Assembly (NCBI GenBank): GCA_039028615.1
Contig: JBCCHT010000028.1
Span: forward strand, 1 to 64,000
Reading direction: 5' to 3'
From: Myxococcota bacterium
Lineage (GTDB): Bacteria > Myxococcota_A > Polyangia > Nannocystales > Nannocystaceae
DNA: 64,000 bases
The translations under genes and the position numbers were made by a program. The notes beneath the pieces were generated by a model, which was not told where the DNA came from, did no database searches, and worked only from the letters and a program-made list of their open reading frames with translations. The stretch's first letter is position 1. Each line of letters starts with the position of its first letter. Below are positions 17,943 to 27,137 of the stretch, piece by piece.

Positions 17943-19889
17943 GTGACCGACTCTGCTGCCCAGACCCACGAGTTCAAGGCCGAGGTCGCCGCCGTTTTAC
18001 GCCTGGTGACCAACTCGCTGTACACCAACCGCGAGATCTTCCTGCGCGAGCTCATCTCCAACGCCTCCGATGCGCTCGACAAGGCCCGCTTCACCGCCCT
18101 GGTGGACAAGGACCTCCGCGATCAAGAGATCGAGCCGCACATCCAGCTGACGCTGGACAAGGCGCAGGGCGTGCTGGTCATCGAAGACACCGGCATCGGC
18201 ATGACGGCCGAAGAGGCGCAGAACAACCTCGGCACCATCGCCCACTCGGGCACGCTGCGCTTCCTCGAGCAAGCCGCGGCCGACAAGGCCGAGGGCAAGA
18301 AGGCCGACCTGAACCTCATCGGTCAGTTCGGGGTCGGCTTCTACTCGGCGTTCATGGTCGCCACGCGGATCGACGTGCACAGCCTCTCCGCCCGCCCCGG
18401 GCAGGAGCCCGTGCACTGGAGCAGCGACGGCAACGGCTTCTCCGTGTCGCCCTCCGCCCGCAAGTTCCGGGGCACTCGCATCGAGCTGACGCTCAACGAC
18501 GAGGGCAAGGAGTTCCTCGAGCGCTTCCGCGTCGAGCACATCGTCAAGCGGTACAGCAACTTCGTCCTGTACCCCATCAAGCTCAAGGTCATCGACGACA
18601 AGGGCGAGATCGACGGCGAGAACACGCAGGCCAACGCCGCCAACGCGTTCTGGACTCGCAGCCCCAAGGACGTCACCGACGACGACTACAAGGAGTTTTA
18701 CACCCACCTGATGGGTGGTTTCGTGATGCCCGGCGACGAGCCGCTGGCCCGCGTGCACCTGTCGCTCGACGCTCCCATCCAGTTCAAGTCGGTGCTCTTC
18801 GTGCCGGGGCGGCGTCCGCCCGATCTGTTCGCCGAGGACAGCCGCGCGCTGCAGCTGTACGCGCGTCGCGTGCTGGTGATGGAGAGCTGCGACAAGCTGC
18901 TGCCCACCTACCTGCGCTTCATCCGGGGCGTCGTGGACTCCGAGGACCTGCCGCTCAACGTCTCCCGCGAGATGCTGCAGGAGCACCAGTCGGTGGCCGC
19001 CATCCGCCGTCAGCTGGTCCGCAAGGTGCTCAAGACCCTGGCCGACCTCGCCAAGAAGGACGCCGACAAGTACGCCCTGTTGTGGCAGGAGTTCGGCGTG
19101 TTCCTCAAAGAGGGCCTGCACACCGACAACGGCCACCGCGAGCAGCTCACCGGGCTCCTCCGCTTCGAGAGCACCACCAGCGAGGGCAAGGGCATCTCGC
19201 TCGACGAGTACGTCGAGGGCATGCCCGAGGGCCAAGAGGCCATCTACTACATCACGGGTGACTCCACCGAGGCGCTGGCCCGCAGCCCGCACCTCGAGGC
19301 CTGTCGCTCGCGCGGCTACGCCGTGCTCATGATGACCGACGCGGTCGACGAGTGGGTGGTCCAGGACCTCAGCGAGCACAAGGGCAAGCCCCTGCGCAGC
19401 GTGACCCAGGGCGACCTGGGCCTCGATGGCAGCGAGAAGGACGACGAGGCCAAAGCCGAGGGCGAGGACGGCGAGTCCAAGGACGAGTCGGCCAAGGCCA
19501 CCGCCATCGATCCGCTGCTGCGCGCCGCCAAAGAGGTGCTCGGTGAGCGCATCAAGGAGGTTCGCGCCTCCTCGCGCCTCACCGACAGCGCCGCGTGCCT
19601 GGTCGACGCCGAGGGCGGTCTGAGCCGCAACATGGAGCGGATCCTTCGCATGTCGAACCGCGACGTGCCCACCCGCCCGCGCATCCTCGAGCTCAACCCC
19701 ACCCACCCCTTCGTGGTGGCCGCCAACGCGCTCGCGGGCGAGGGTGAGGCCTCGGACAAGCTCGGCTCGTGGGTCGAGCTGCTGCACGACCAGGCCAACC
19801 TCGCCGAGGGCACCGTGGCCGACCCGGCCGGCATGGTCCAACGCATCCAGGCGCTGCTCGATCAGGCGGCTGGGGTCGACGCCAAGTGA
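17943..19889 (+). CDS. htpG: molecular chaperone HtpG (Hsp90)
   Basis: SLYTNREIFLRELISNASDALDK, IEDTGIGM, GTIAHSGT, IGQFGVGFYSAF, DSEDLPLNVSRE; GTG start after GAGGA. Confidence 0.97.
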   Translation: MTDSAAQTHEFKAEVAAVLRLVTNSLYTNREIFLRELISNASDALDKARFTALVDKDLRDQEIEPHIQLTLDKAQGVLVIEDTGIGMTAEEAQNNLGTIAHSGTLRFLEQAAADKAEGKKADLNLIGQFGVGFYSAFMVATRIDVHSLSARPGQEPVHWSSDGNGFSVSPSARKFRGTRIELTLNDEGKEFLERFRVEHIVKRYSNFVLYPIKLKVIDDKGEIDGENTQANAANAFWTRSPKDVTDDDYKEFYTHLMGGFVMPGDEPLARVHLSLDAPIQFKSVLFVPGRRPPDLFAEDSRALQLYARRVLVMESCDKLLPTYLRFIRGVVDSEDLPLNVSREMLQEHQSVAAIRRQLVRKVLKTLADLAKKDADKYALLWQEFGVFLKEGLHTDNGHREQLTGLLRFESTTSEGKGISLDEYVEGMPEGQEAIYYITGDSTEALARSPHLEACRSRGYAVLMMTDAVDEWVVQDLSEHKGKPLRSVTQGDLGLDGSEKDDEAKAEGEDGESKDESAKATAIDPLLRAAKEVLGERIKEVRASSRLTDSAACLVDAEGGLSRNMERILRMSNRDVPTRPRILELNPTHPFVVAANALAGEGEASDKLGSWVELLHDQANLAEGTVADPAGMVQRIQALLDQAAGVDAK

Positions 19890-20914
19890 GCGGTACCACC
19901 GGGCTGCTCCTGCTGAACCTGGGGACCCCCGACGCACCGCGTGCGCCGGAGGTCCGCCGGTACTTGCGACAGTTCCTCTCGGACCCGCGGGTGATCGACA
20001 TCAACCCGGTGGCCCGGTGGCTCCTGCTCAACCTCATCATCTTGCCGATTCGGCCGGCCAAGTCGGCCGCCGCCTACCAAAAGGTGTGGAGCGACGAGGG
20101 CTCGCCGCTGCTCGTGCACGGCAAGGCCCTGCGAGACGCCGTGGCCGAGCGCCTCGACGACACGCCCGTCGTCCTGGCGATGCGCTACGGCAACCCTTCC
20201 ATCGCGCACGGCCTCGACCAGCTGCGCGAGCAGGGCTGCGACGAGCTCGTGGTGCTGCCGCTGTTTCCCCAGTACGCGTCGAGTTCCACCGGCTCCGCCA
20301 TCGAGGCGGTCTATCGCGACGTCGCCGAGCGCTGGAACACGCCCTTCATCCGGGTGGTGCCGCCCTTTTACGAGGACGTGGGCTTCATTGATGCCTTCGC
20401 CCAGATCGGCCGGCCCGTGCTCGATGAGCTCGACCCTCAGCACGTGCTGATGTCATTCCACGGCCTGCCCGAGCGCCACATGATCAAGAGCGACGACTCG
20501 GGTCGGCACTGCTTGGCCAGCGACGGCTGCTGCGACGCTGTCGGGCCCGACAATCGCAACTGCTACCGGGCGCAGTGCTTCGCCACCGCCCGGGCGCTCG
20601 CCGCCCAGCTCGAGCTCAGCGACGCCGACTACAGCGTCACGTTCCAGTCTCGGCTTGGCCGCACGCCGTGGATCAAGCCCTATACCGACGAAGTCTTGAT
20701 CGAGCTGGCCAACAAGGGCGTGGAGCGCTTGGCCGTGTACTGCCCCGCGTTCGTGGCCGACTGCCTCGAGACCCTCGAAGAGATCGGCATGCGAGCCGAC
20801 GAGGACTTCCGCGCGGCGGGGGGTAAGCGCCTCGTGCTCGTGCCCTCGCTCAACTCGCATCCGGCCTGGGCCGACGCGGTCGTCCAGCTCAGCGGCCTCG
20901 GCACGTCCGCCTGA
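19886..20914 (+). CDS. hemH: ferrochelatase
   Basis: LLNLGTPDAP, FLSDPRV, AMRYGNP, PLFPQY, SFHGLP, FQSRLG..WIKP, FVADCLETLEE; GTGA overlap with htpG. Confidence 0.95.
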   Translation: MSGTTGLLLLNLGTPDAPRAPEVRRYLRQFLSDPRVIDINPVARWLLLNLIILPIRPAKSAAAYQKVWSDEGSPLLVHGKALRDAVAERLDDTPVVLAMRYGNPSIAHGLDQLREQGCDELVVLPLFPQYASSSTGSAIEAVYRDVAERWNTPFIRVVPPFYEDVGFIDAFAQIGRPVLDELDPQHVLMSFHGLPERHMIKSDDSGRHCLASDGCCDAVGPDNRNCYRAQCFATARALAAQLELSDADYSVTFQSRLGRTPWIKPYTDEVLIELANKGVERLAVYCPAFVADCLETLEEIGMRADEDFRAAGGKRLVLVPSLNSHPAWADAVVQLSGLGTSA

Positions 20915-20935
20915 GGCCTTCGTCGATGCCGTGGC

Positions 20936-21343
20936 CTAGGCGGCGCCCGCTTTGGCGAGGCGCTCCAGGGCCCAGCGAATGCCCTCTTCTTCCTCGCGGA
21001 ACACTTTGTAGGGGACCGGCAATCCCTGCATCTTGAGGATCGCCCGCAGCACCCCGCGCATGACGGGTGAGGGCAACACGAAGGCCGCGCCTGCGCACAG
21101 GTCCCGAATGCGCTGCTCGTTGGTCGCGAGCCAGCTCGCCTGCATCCGCGCATGACGGGCCTTGGTCATCGGCGTATGCGGCTTCGTGATCATGATCGAG
21201 GCGTAGGGCAGGCCACGATTGAGTACCGCGTCGAAGTCCGCCAGATACGCCTTGAAGTCCTCGTCCGTCGGCTGCCCGACGACCCGACCAATCACGATCG
21301 GCCAGCGATCGCGATCGACGTAGATGCCTGGTCCTCCGCTCAC
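20936..21343 (-). CDS. small STAS/SEC14-like myxobacterial protein
   Basis: WPIV..TDEDF..., GAAFVLPSPVMRGVLRAI..PVPYKVF..W pattern. Confidence 0.6.
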   Translation of the reverse strand: MSGGPGIYVDRDRWPIVIGRVVGQPTDEDFKAYLADFDAVLNRGLPYASIMITKPHTPMTKARHARMQASWLATNEQRIRDLCAGAAFVLPSPVMRGVLRAILKMQGLPVPYKVFREEEEGIRWALERLAKAGAA

Positions 21344-21433
21344 GACTTCGGATCATATCCGGGTCGTGGGTAAAAAGGGCCCGGTCCGACTGCGCCGAAT
21401 TTGCACTAAGGGGTTCTCCTAGCCGCCACAAAA

Positions 21434-21538
21434 CGAGGCCCAATGGGCGATTGCAGGTCCGACACGGAACGGTGGGGGCCATGGATCATCGTTCCGTTGG
21501 ACCTGGAGCGTTCGGGTCTCGGCGCGAGTGTTCCGCGC
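21434..21538 (+). ncRNA. candidate structured RNA (long irregular hairpin)
   Basis: Four stacked helices, about 33 bp with several G-U pairs, plus a small 3' hairpin; family unknown. Confidence 0.35.
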
Positions 21539-21814
21539 AACGAATCGACGATCGATCCCGGAGGTGCACCTGTTCACGAGGATGCCGCACACGCACCAGT
21601 GCGCCGCGATCCATCCACCGCGCTCGCAGCTCTCGCTCTCCCAATGATCGACGGCCGCGACCGGGCCAGACATCCGGTCCTGCGTTCGTTGTCACGGCGC
21701 GCCCCTTCGAACGTTCCCGATCGCCGCATTCAATCCCGGGAATATTTTTTCAGATCGGCGCTAGGGGTCGTGCGTACGACCTCTCGCTGGCGGGTGATGC
21801 CAGCGGAGGTGAAC

Positions 21815-23290
21815 ATGCGTCCGTCGATCCTGGGTCTCGTCATTGCCAGCGCCAGCCTCATTGGTTGCGCGGGCCAACAAAGCGCGGCACCGCTGGCCCC
21901 CGATGCCGGCCCTGCCCCCGTCCACGCAAACGCGACCGAGGCACCCGCCCCGGATTCCACGCCCGCCATCGCCGAGGCCCCGCCGCAGCGCAACCCCGAG
22001 ACCCGCAACGGTCGCTGGATCAGCACCGCCACCTCCAGCGACTTCATGCTCGAGGGCAGCTCGGACCAGGCCTTCGGGGTGTGGATCGACGTCCCCGCGG
22101 GCGCTACCACCGGGCACGTCCCCACCGCGCTGACCCTCGCCATCGATACCTCGGGTTCGATGAGCGGCGACAAGATCCTCCACGCCCGTGAGGCCGCCCG
22201 CCGTCTCATCCAAGAGATGGAAGATGGCGACCGGCTCTCCATCGTCACCTTCGCCGACCGGGGCCGCGTCCGCGTGGAGCCCACCGTCATCGACAACAAC
22301 AGCCGACGCAACGCGCTGGCGATCGTCGAGGAGCTCGGGGCCGACGGCGGCACCGCGATGTTCGAGGGGCTCAAGCTCGCCGAGTCGCAGATGTGGAACA
22401 CGCCCGAGACCCACCTGGTACGCCGCCTGGTGGTGATTTCCGACGGTAAGGCCACCGAGGGTCCGACCACGCCCGACGCGCTGGGCCGGGTCGCCGAGGT
22501 CGGGCTGCAAAAGGGCATCCAGGTGACCTCGGTGGGCGTGGGCCTCGACTACGACGAGTCCACCCTCAACGCGCTCGCCATTCGCTCGAGCGGTCGGCTC
22601 TACCACGTCGAGCACTCGCACCAGCTGCCCAACATCGTGGCCGAGGAAATCGCGCTGCTCGAGTCCACCGCCGCCACCGACGTCGAGGTCGAGCTGGTCG
22701 CCGCGCCCGGCGTGACCCTCATCGGCACGGACACCGCCCGCATGCGCTGGACGGACGGGGGGTTGGTGGTGCCGGTCGGCGCCGTGTTCAGCGGCCAGGA
22801 GCGCGAGCTGCTGGTACGCGCCCGGGTGAATCATGCCGAGCCGGGTACCAAGGTGCTCGCCTCCGTGCGCATGCACTTCCGCGACCCGTCCGAGGATGGT
22901 CTGCGCCGCGTGCAGGAGACGGTCCTGCGCGCCACGGTGACCGACGACCCCACGCTGGTCGCCGCCCACGCCAATAGCCGCACCCAGACCCTGGTCGCCA
23001 TGCGCGAGGCCTCCATGTTCACCCAGCAGGCCTCGGTGCAGGCGAGCGCGGGCGACCTGGACATGGCCGACGAGCAGCTGGCCCAGGCCGAGCACAAGCT
23101 CCACGAGCAGGCCAAGCGCGCCAAGACCAAGGCCGACAAGACCCGGGTCATGCGCTCCGCCGCCAAGATCTCCAAGCAGCGCAAGGGCCTGGCCAAGGCC
23201 AAGAAGGCGCCCGCGGCCAAGCGCGCCAAGGCGAGCCGCAAGCTCTCGCTGGAGATGAACGACGACGCGCTGGGCGGAATGGGCTACTGA
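21815..23290 (+). CDS. vWA-domain lipoprotein
   Basis: SD GGAGG; lipobox LIGC; MIDAS IDTSGSM, GGTAM, VISDG; Lys/Ala-rich C-tail. Confidence 0.85.
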   Translation: MRPSILGLVIASASLIGCAGQQSAAPLAPDAGPAPVHANATEAPAPDSTPAIAEAPPQRNPETRNGRWISTATSSDFMLEGSSDQAFGVWIDVPAGATTGHVPTALTLAIDTSGSMSGDKILHAREAARRLIQEMEDGDRLSIVTFADRGRVRVEPTVIDNNSRRNALAIVEELGADGGTAMFEGLKLAESQMWNTPETHLVRRLVVISDGKATEGPTTPDALGRVAEVGLQKGIQVTSVGVGLDYDESTLNALAIRSSGRLYHVEHSHQLPNIVAEEIALLESTAATDVEVELVAAPGVTLIGTDTARMRWTDGGLVVPVGAVFSGQERELLVRARVNHAEPGTKVLASVRMHFRDPSEDGLRRVQETVLRATVTDDPTLVAAHANSRTQTLVAMREASMFTQQASVQASAGDLDMADEQLAQAEHKLHEQAKRAKTKADKTRVMRSAAKISKQRKGLAKAKKAPAAKRAKASRKLSLEMNDDALGGMGY

Positions 23291-23345
23291 CGCGCCACCC
23301 GCGAGGGTTTGACCCCCGCTTCGCGAGCCCCCGATACTGCCGACC

Positions 23346-24737
23346 ATGGCACGGGGGCTCGCTTCATTGGTTTCGTACTCGTCGCTCGCGGCCGCGCTCG
23401 CGCTGACGCCGGCCTCCACCGCGTCGGCCGCCCCCATCGAGCTGGTCGAGCAGCGCGCCCAGTTCATGCTCTTCGACGACGTCGACGGCTCGGTGGAGAA
23501 CGCCAACTGGTTCGCGCGCGACCCCTTCTTGGCCGGCTACCAGGCGGTCGAGGAGGGCTTCTTGCTCGAGCACCCCGACGACAGCCAGTTCCTCGTCGTC
23601 TACACCACCTGGACGCTGCCCGCGGGGATCGGGGCCTTCTTCCAGAGCATGGCCAACGACGTCGAGGGCATCGGCTTCGAGCACATCGCCAACGAGGACC
23701 CGATCATCCCCGCCCCCTTCTTCGACGACACGCCGAACTCGCAGGTCCAGGGCTTCCTCAACATGAATCGCTGGACCCAGTACCTGGGCTCCGACGACGG
23801 GGGGCTCGACGACGCCCGCATCTCACTGATCTTCGGCCAGGAGCTCGGGCACGCGTGGGCGTCGTTCGTCTACTACAACCAGGGCATGGGCTGGGAGACG
23901 AACCTGCTCGGTCGCGCCAACGCCCACTGGTCGTTCTACATGCAGACGGGGGGCTCGCCGCTGCAGGGTCACGAGTGGGTCGACAACGGCGACGGGACCT
24001 TCACCGCGATTCCCCAGGACGTGTTCCTGTTCAGCGACCTCGACCTGTACCTCATGGGCCTTTTGCCCCCCGAGGACGTCGAGCCCTGGTTCATCCTGGA
24101 AAACCCCTTCAACTGCGTCGACTCGGCCAGCAAGAGCGGGGACTGTGCGCCTCCCGGGGCGTTCCTGTTCGAGGCGGACACGTACACGATCAACGCGACC
24201 CGGCGCGACGTGGACGTCAGTGACGTGATCTCGGCCGAGGGCATGCGGGTCCCCGCGTTCCCCGACGCACCCGACGAGTTCGATGTCTCGTTCTTGTTCA
24301 TCAAGCGGCCCGGCGAGGAGCTGAGCGAGTCGGAGCTCGAATCGATCGATGCGGTCATCGAGCGTTCGATCGAGCTGTTCGTGGTCCAGACCCGCGGGCT
24401 CGGGCACGTCATCAATCGCACTGCGGCCGAGCCTCCGCCCGGGTCGGACACGGGGGGCAACGACGACAGCGGGGGTGGAGCGGACGAGACCGGCAACGCG
24501 GGCACCGACGGCTCTGCGGGCGGCGAAGAGGGCCCGGGGGGTGCCTCCGACTCGGCCGTCGCCACCACGGGCGGCAGTGACGGCACGGGAGGCAACGACG
24601 GCGCCGGACAAGACGGTGACGGCGGAGGCTGTGCCTGCGCCGCCGACTCGCCGTCGGGATCGGGGCTGGGGCCATGGGCCGCCGCCTTGCTGCTGCTGCC
24701 CGGGTGGCGCCGTCGGAAGACCTCAGCCGCCCGATAG
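23346..24737 (+). CDS. secreted MYXO-CTERM protein with zincin-like domain
   Basis: Signal peptide; GQELGHAW..AHW..FSDLDLYLMG; G/D-rich linker; GGGCAC...LLLL..RRRK tail. Confidence 0.8.
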   Translation: MARGLASLVSYSSLAAALALTPASTASAAPIELVEQRAQFMLFDDVDGSVENANWFARDPFLAGYQAVEEGFLLEHPDDSQFLVVYTTWTLPAGIGAFFQSMANDVEGIGFEHIANEDPIIPAPFFDDTPNSQVQGFLNMNRWTQYLGSDDGGLDDARISLIFGQELGHAWASFVYYNQGMGWETNLLGRANAHWSFYMQTGGSPLQGHEWVDNGDGTFTAIPQDVFLFSDLDLYLMGLLPPEDVEPWFILENPFNCVDSASKSGDCAPPGAFLFEADTYTINATRRDVDVSDVISAEGMRVPAFPDAPDEFDVSFLFIKRPGEELSESELESIDAVIERSIELFVVQTRGLGHVINRTAAEPPPGSDTGGNDDSGGGADETGNAGTDGSAGGEEGPGGASDSAVATTGGSDGTGGNDGAGQDGDGGGCACAADSPSGSGLGPWAAALLLLPGWRRRKTSAAR

Positions 24738-26027
24738 CCACAGGCCGAGCGTCGGGTCCGTCTCCCCGATCCACACCGCGACGTCGCGCGCACCATCGCC
24801 ATCGATGTCGGCCGTGCCCGCCACGCGCCCGTAGAGGTCGATGATCTCCGTCGTGCTCGAGCCCCAGCCTGGCTCCGACACCACCAGCGCCGCCAGCGGG
24901 TCCCCGAAGGTCTCCTGATCGATCACAAAGGCCGGGTTTGCGTCGGGCCCGAGCTCGATCGGCACCAGGATCCGACCGTACTCGTCGTGGGTGTGAGGGA
25001 CGACGATCGGTGGGTCGGCAAAGACCCCGTCCCCGAGGTTCTCGATCACGTACACCCCCAGGTGGGTAGGCGTGAGCACGTCGAGGTCCCCGTCGTGGTC
25101 GACGTCGTAGACCCGCACGTCGCCCAGCTCGATCACGGGGCCGAGGTCGGCCCCAATGCCCTGGGCGATCTCGAAGACCCCGTCGACGTGGCGATAGATC
25201 GCCAAGGGCAGGAACTCGGGAATCGAGTTGCAGCTGCCCGTCCCCGCGACATCGTCGAGGCCATCCCCGTCGAAGTCACCGACGCCCAGCCCCGAGAAGT
25301 AGCAGGCCGGGCCTTCGACCGTCGGGCCCTGATCGAAGGTCCCGTCGCCTTGCGACCAGGTGAGGAACGCCCCCTGCGAGTGCCCGAGGGGCACGAACAG
25401 ATCGTGGGCCCCGTCGTCGTCGAGGTGCAACGCCGCGGCGGGGAAGCCATAAAAGCCCGAGGCCTGGGCGAAGCTCGCCGTCATGGAGCCGCGCCCGTCG
25501 TTGAGGAGCACGTCGAACCCGTCGCCGGCCGAGCTGTCGAACGCGGCCACATCCAGATCACCGTCGCCGTCGAAATCGCCGAGTCGACCGTAGTCCGTGC
25601 CCGTGACCCCCGCCTGCGCCACCATGGCGAAGCTCCCCGTGCCGCTGCCTGTATGCACTTCGATGGGGTCGGGGCCGCCCGCGACCAGATCGAGCCATCC
25701 GTCGCCGTTGAAGTCGCCGAACTCGACCCAATAGCCCGAGACCGTGGGCACATCGACGAAGGCGAACCCCCAAGGGCCGAGGCCGTCGTCGGGCACCTGC
25801 GGTCCACCGCTCGAGGTGTCGGCCCCATCGTCGGTGGTGTCCGTGCTGGCGCCTGCCGTGCCGTCGGCATCGGGTGGTGGCGTCGGCTCGGTGCCATCGG
25901 TCCCCGGCGCTGCCGACGAGCCCGTCCCAATCATCCCCTCGGAGTCCTCTGCATCCGCGCGATCCACACACGCTCCCAGCGAGAGCACGGACGCGACGAG
26001 CCAAAACCTCGAGAAGCAGCGCGACAT
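24723..26027 (-). CDS. FG-GAP/VCBS repeat lipoprotein
   Basis: Lipobox LGAC; repeats GDFNGDGWLDL, GDFDGDGDLDV, GDFDGDGLDDV, DVDHDGDLDV, ADIDGDGARDV. Confidence 0.88.
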   Translation of the reverse strand: MSRCFSRFWLVASVLSLGACVDRADAEDSEGMIGTGSSAAPGTDGTEPTPPPDADGTAGASTDTTDDGADTSSGGPQVPDDGLGPWGFAFVDVPTVSGYWVEFGDFNGDGWLDLVAGGPDPIEVHTGSGTGSFAMVAQAGVTGTDYGRLGDFDGDGDLDVAAFDSSAGDGFDVLLNDGRGSMTASFAQASGFYGFPAAALHLDDDGAHDLFVPLGHSQGAFLTWSQGDGTFDQGPTVEGPACYFSGLGVGDFDGDGLDDVAGTGSCNSIPEFLPLAIYRHVDGVFEIAQGIGADLGPVIELGDVRVYDVDHDGDLDVLTPTHLGVYVIENLGDGVFADPPIVVPHTHDEYGRILVPIELGPDANPAFVIDQETFGDPLAALVVSEPGWGSSTTEIIDLYGRVAGTADIDGDGARDVAVWIGETDPTLGLWLSGG

Positions 26028-26137
26028 CACGCCACAAATACTATCAAAACGATCGCAAAACAAACATTGCTAGCTCAGAGCCGCGGTGAGGCGGGAGCAA
26101 CAACGGGCGTGCGACCACCGTTGACCTTCCCGCAGGC

Positions 26138-26533
26138 ATGGCCAAGCGCTCGATCCGAATCATCCACCGACCCAGCGGGGCGGTCATCGCCGAGGGTCCG
26201 CGGGGCTGGGCCATCACCCCGTTCGAAGGCAACTACTACGTCTCGCGGCGATGCCTACGACAGGGCCGCTTCCGGGCGTCGTTCATCCCGGGCCTGTGCT
26301 TTTACAAGTTTCTGTACCTGTGGCTGCACTACGAGCCACCGGGCGCCACGAAGCAGGAACGAAGCGACATGCTGGGCTGGATCTACGTGCTGCCCAACCC
26401 GCTGTTTCCGTTCATCGCATTCCGTGTCGCCGTGCCCGGTCAGCACCCGGACATCGCGATCGCAGAATTCGAAACGGTCGAGGATCAGGCGGAGGCCGCC
26501 TCGGGCGTGCCCGTGACCCACACCGTGGGTTGA
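26138..26533 (+). CDS. DUF427-like small protein
   Basis: IAE..FEGNYY..C.YK..W.Y..P.P..I..RVA pattern resembles DUF427. Confidence 0.55.
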   Translation: MAKRSIRIIHRPSGAVIAEGPRGWAITPFEGNYYVSRRCLRQGRFRASFIPGLCFYKFLYLWLHYEPPGATKQERSDMLGWIYVLPNPLFPFIAFRVAVPGQHPDIAIAEFETVEDQAEAASGVPVTHTVG

Positions 26534-26766
26534 TCGTCGGCCTCGGCCACGTTGGGGCGCACGCCCGCGCGGGCCAGCGCCTCGGCCAGCGCTTCCGGTC
26601 CCGGCCGCATCAGCGTGGCCACGTAGCGATAGCCCAGCGCCTCGAGCTCTTCTTCGGGCTCGGCATGCCACAGCGACTGCCGCTGCTCGTCGAGCCAGAG
26701 CGTGCGGTAGCCGTGGAACGCGCGAAGCTGGCGAACGAGATCGGGAACGGAGGGCACGCAATCCAT
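26485..26766 (-). CDS. small hypothetical protein
   Basis: VPDLVRQLRAFHGYRTLWLD..HAEPEEELEALGYRYVATLMRP; protein-like composition; start uncertain. Confidence 0.5.
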   Translation of the reverse strand: MDCVPSVPDLVRQLRAFHGYRTLWLDEQRQSLWHAEPEEELEALGYRYVATLMRPGPEALAEALARAGVRPNVAEADDQPTVWVTGTPEAASA

Positions 26767-26843
26767 GCCGGCAACCTGGCAGTTTCGCGCACGCCACATC
26801 AAGAAATCGGCAAAGCGCGGCGTGAAAACGGTTTCCGAGGGCC

Positions 26844-27137
26844 TCAGGGCGTCGACTCGGCGATCGCCCCGCCGCCGAGGATCCACCCCGCGAACACGAA
26901 GCTCCAGGCGAAATGGCCAATGAGCCAGGCCCAGAAGACCGCCATCGCCCCCGCACCGGGCTCGGCGAGAAGCCCCGCCACGACCATCGCGGCCACGGTG
27001 GCGACCGCCGCGACGACGTTGACCCGCACCAGCATCGGGGTGAAGCGAGCGCGCGTGAGCAGCTTGAGGCCGGGGATGTGACCCATGAAGGCGATGCCCG
27101 CGAGCACGGGTCGGCTGAAGCCCGGCTCGGTGCTCAT
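26844..27137 (-). CDS. small membrane protein
   Basis: ATGA overlap with upstream gene; MSTEPGF..., 2-3 hydrophobic helices. Confidence 0.6.
   Translation of the reverse strand: MSTEPGFSRPVLAGIAFMGHIPGLKLLTRARFTPMLVRVNVVAAVATVAAMVVAGLLAEPGAGAMAVFWAWLIGHFAWSFVFAGWILGGGAIAESTP

Noticed and set aside
21391..21405. Possible sigma54 promoter TGCGCC-N4-TTGCA
   Set aside because: The invariant -24 GG is missing
21454..21470. CAGGTCCG resembling SRP RNA helix 8, and overall 6S-like rod
   Set aside because: The SRP GGAA tetraloop/AGCAG motif is absent and there is no long closing stem for 6S; kept only as an unclassified hairpin
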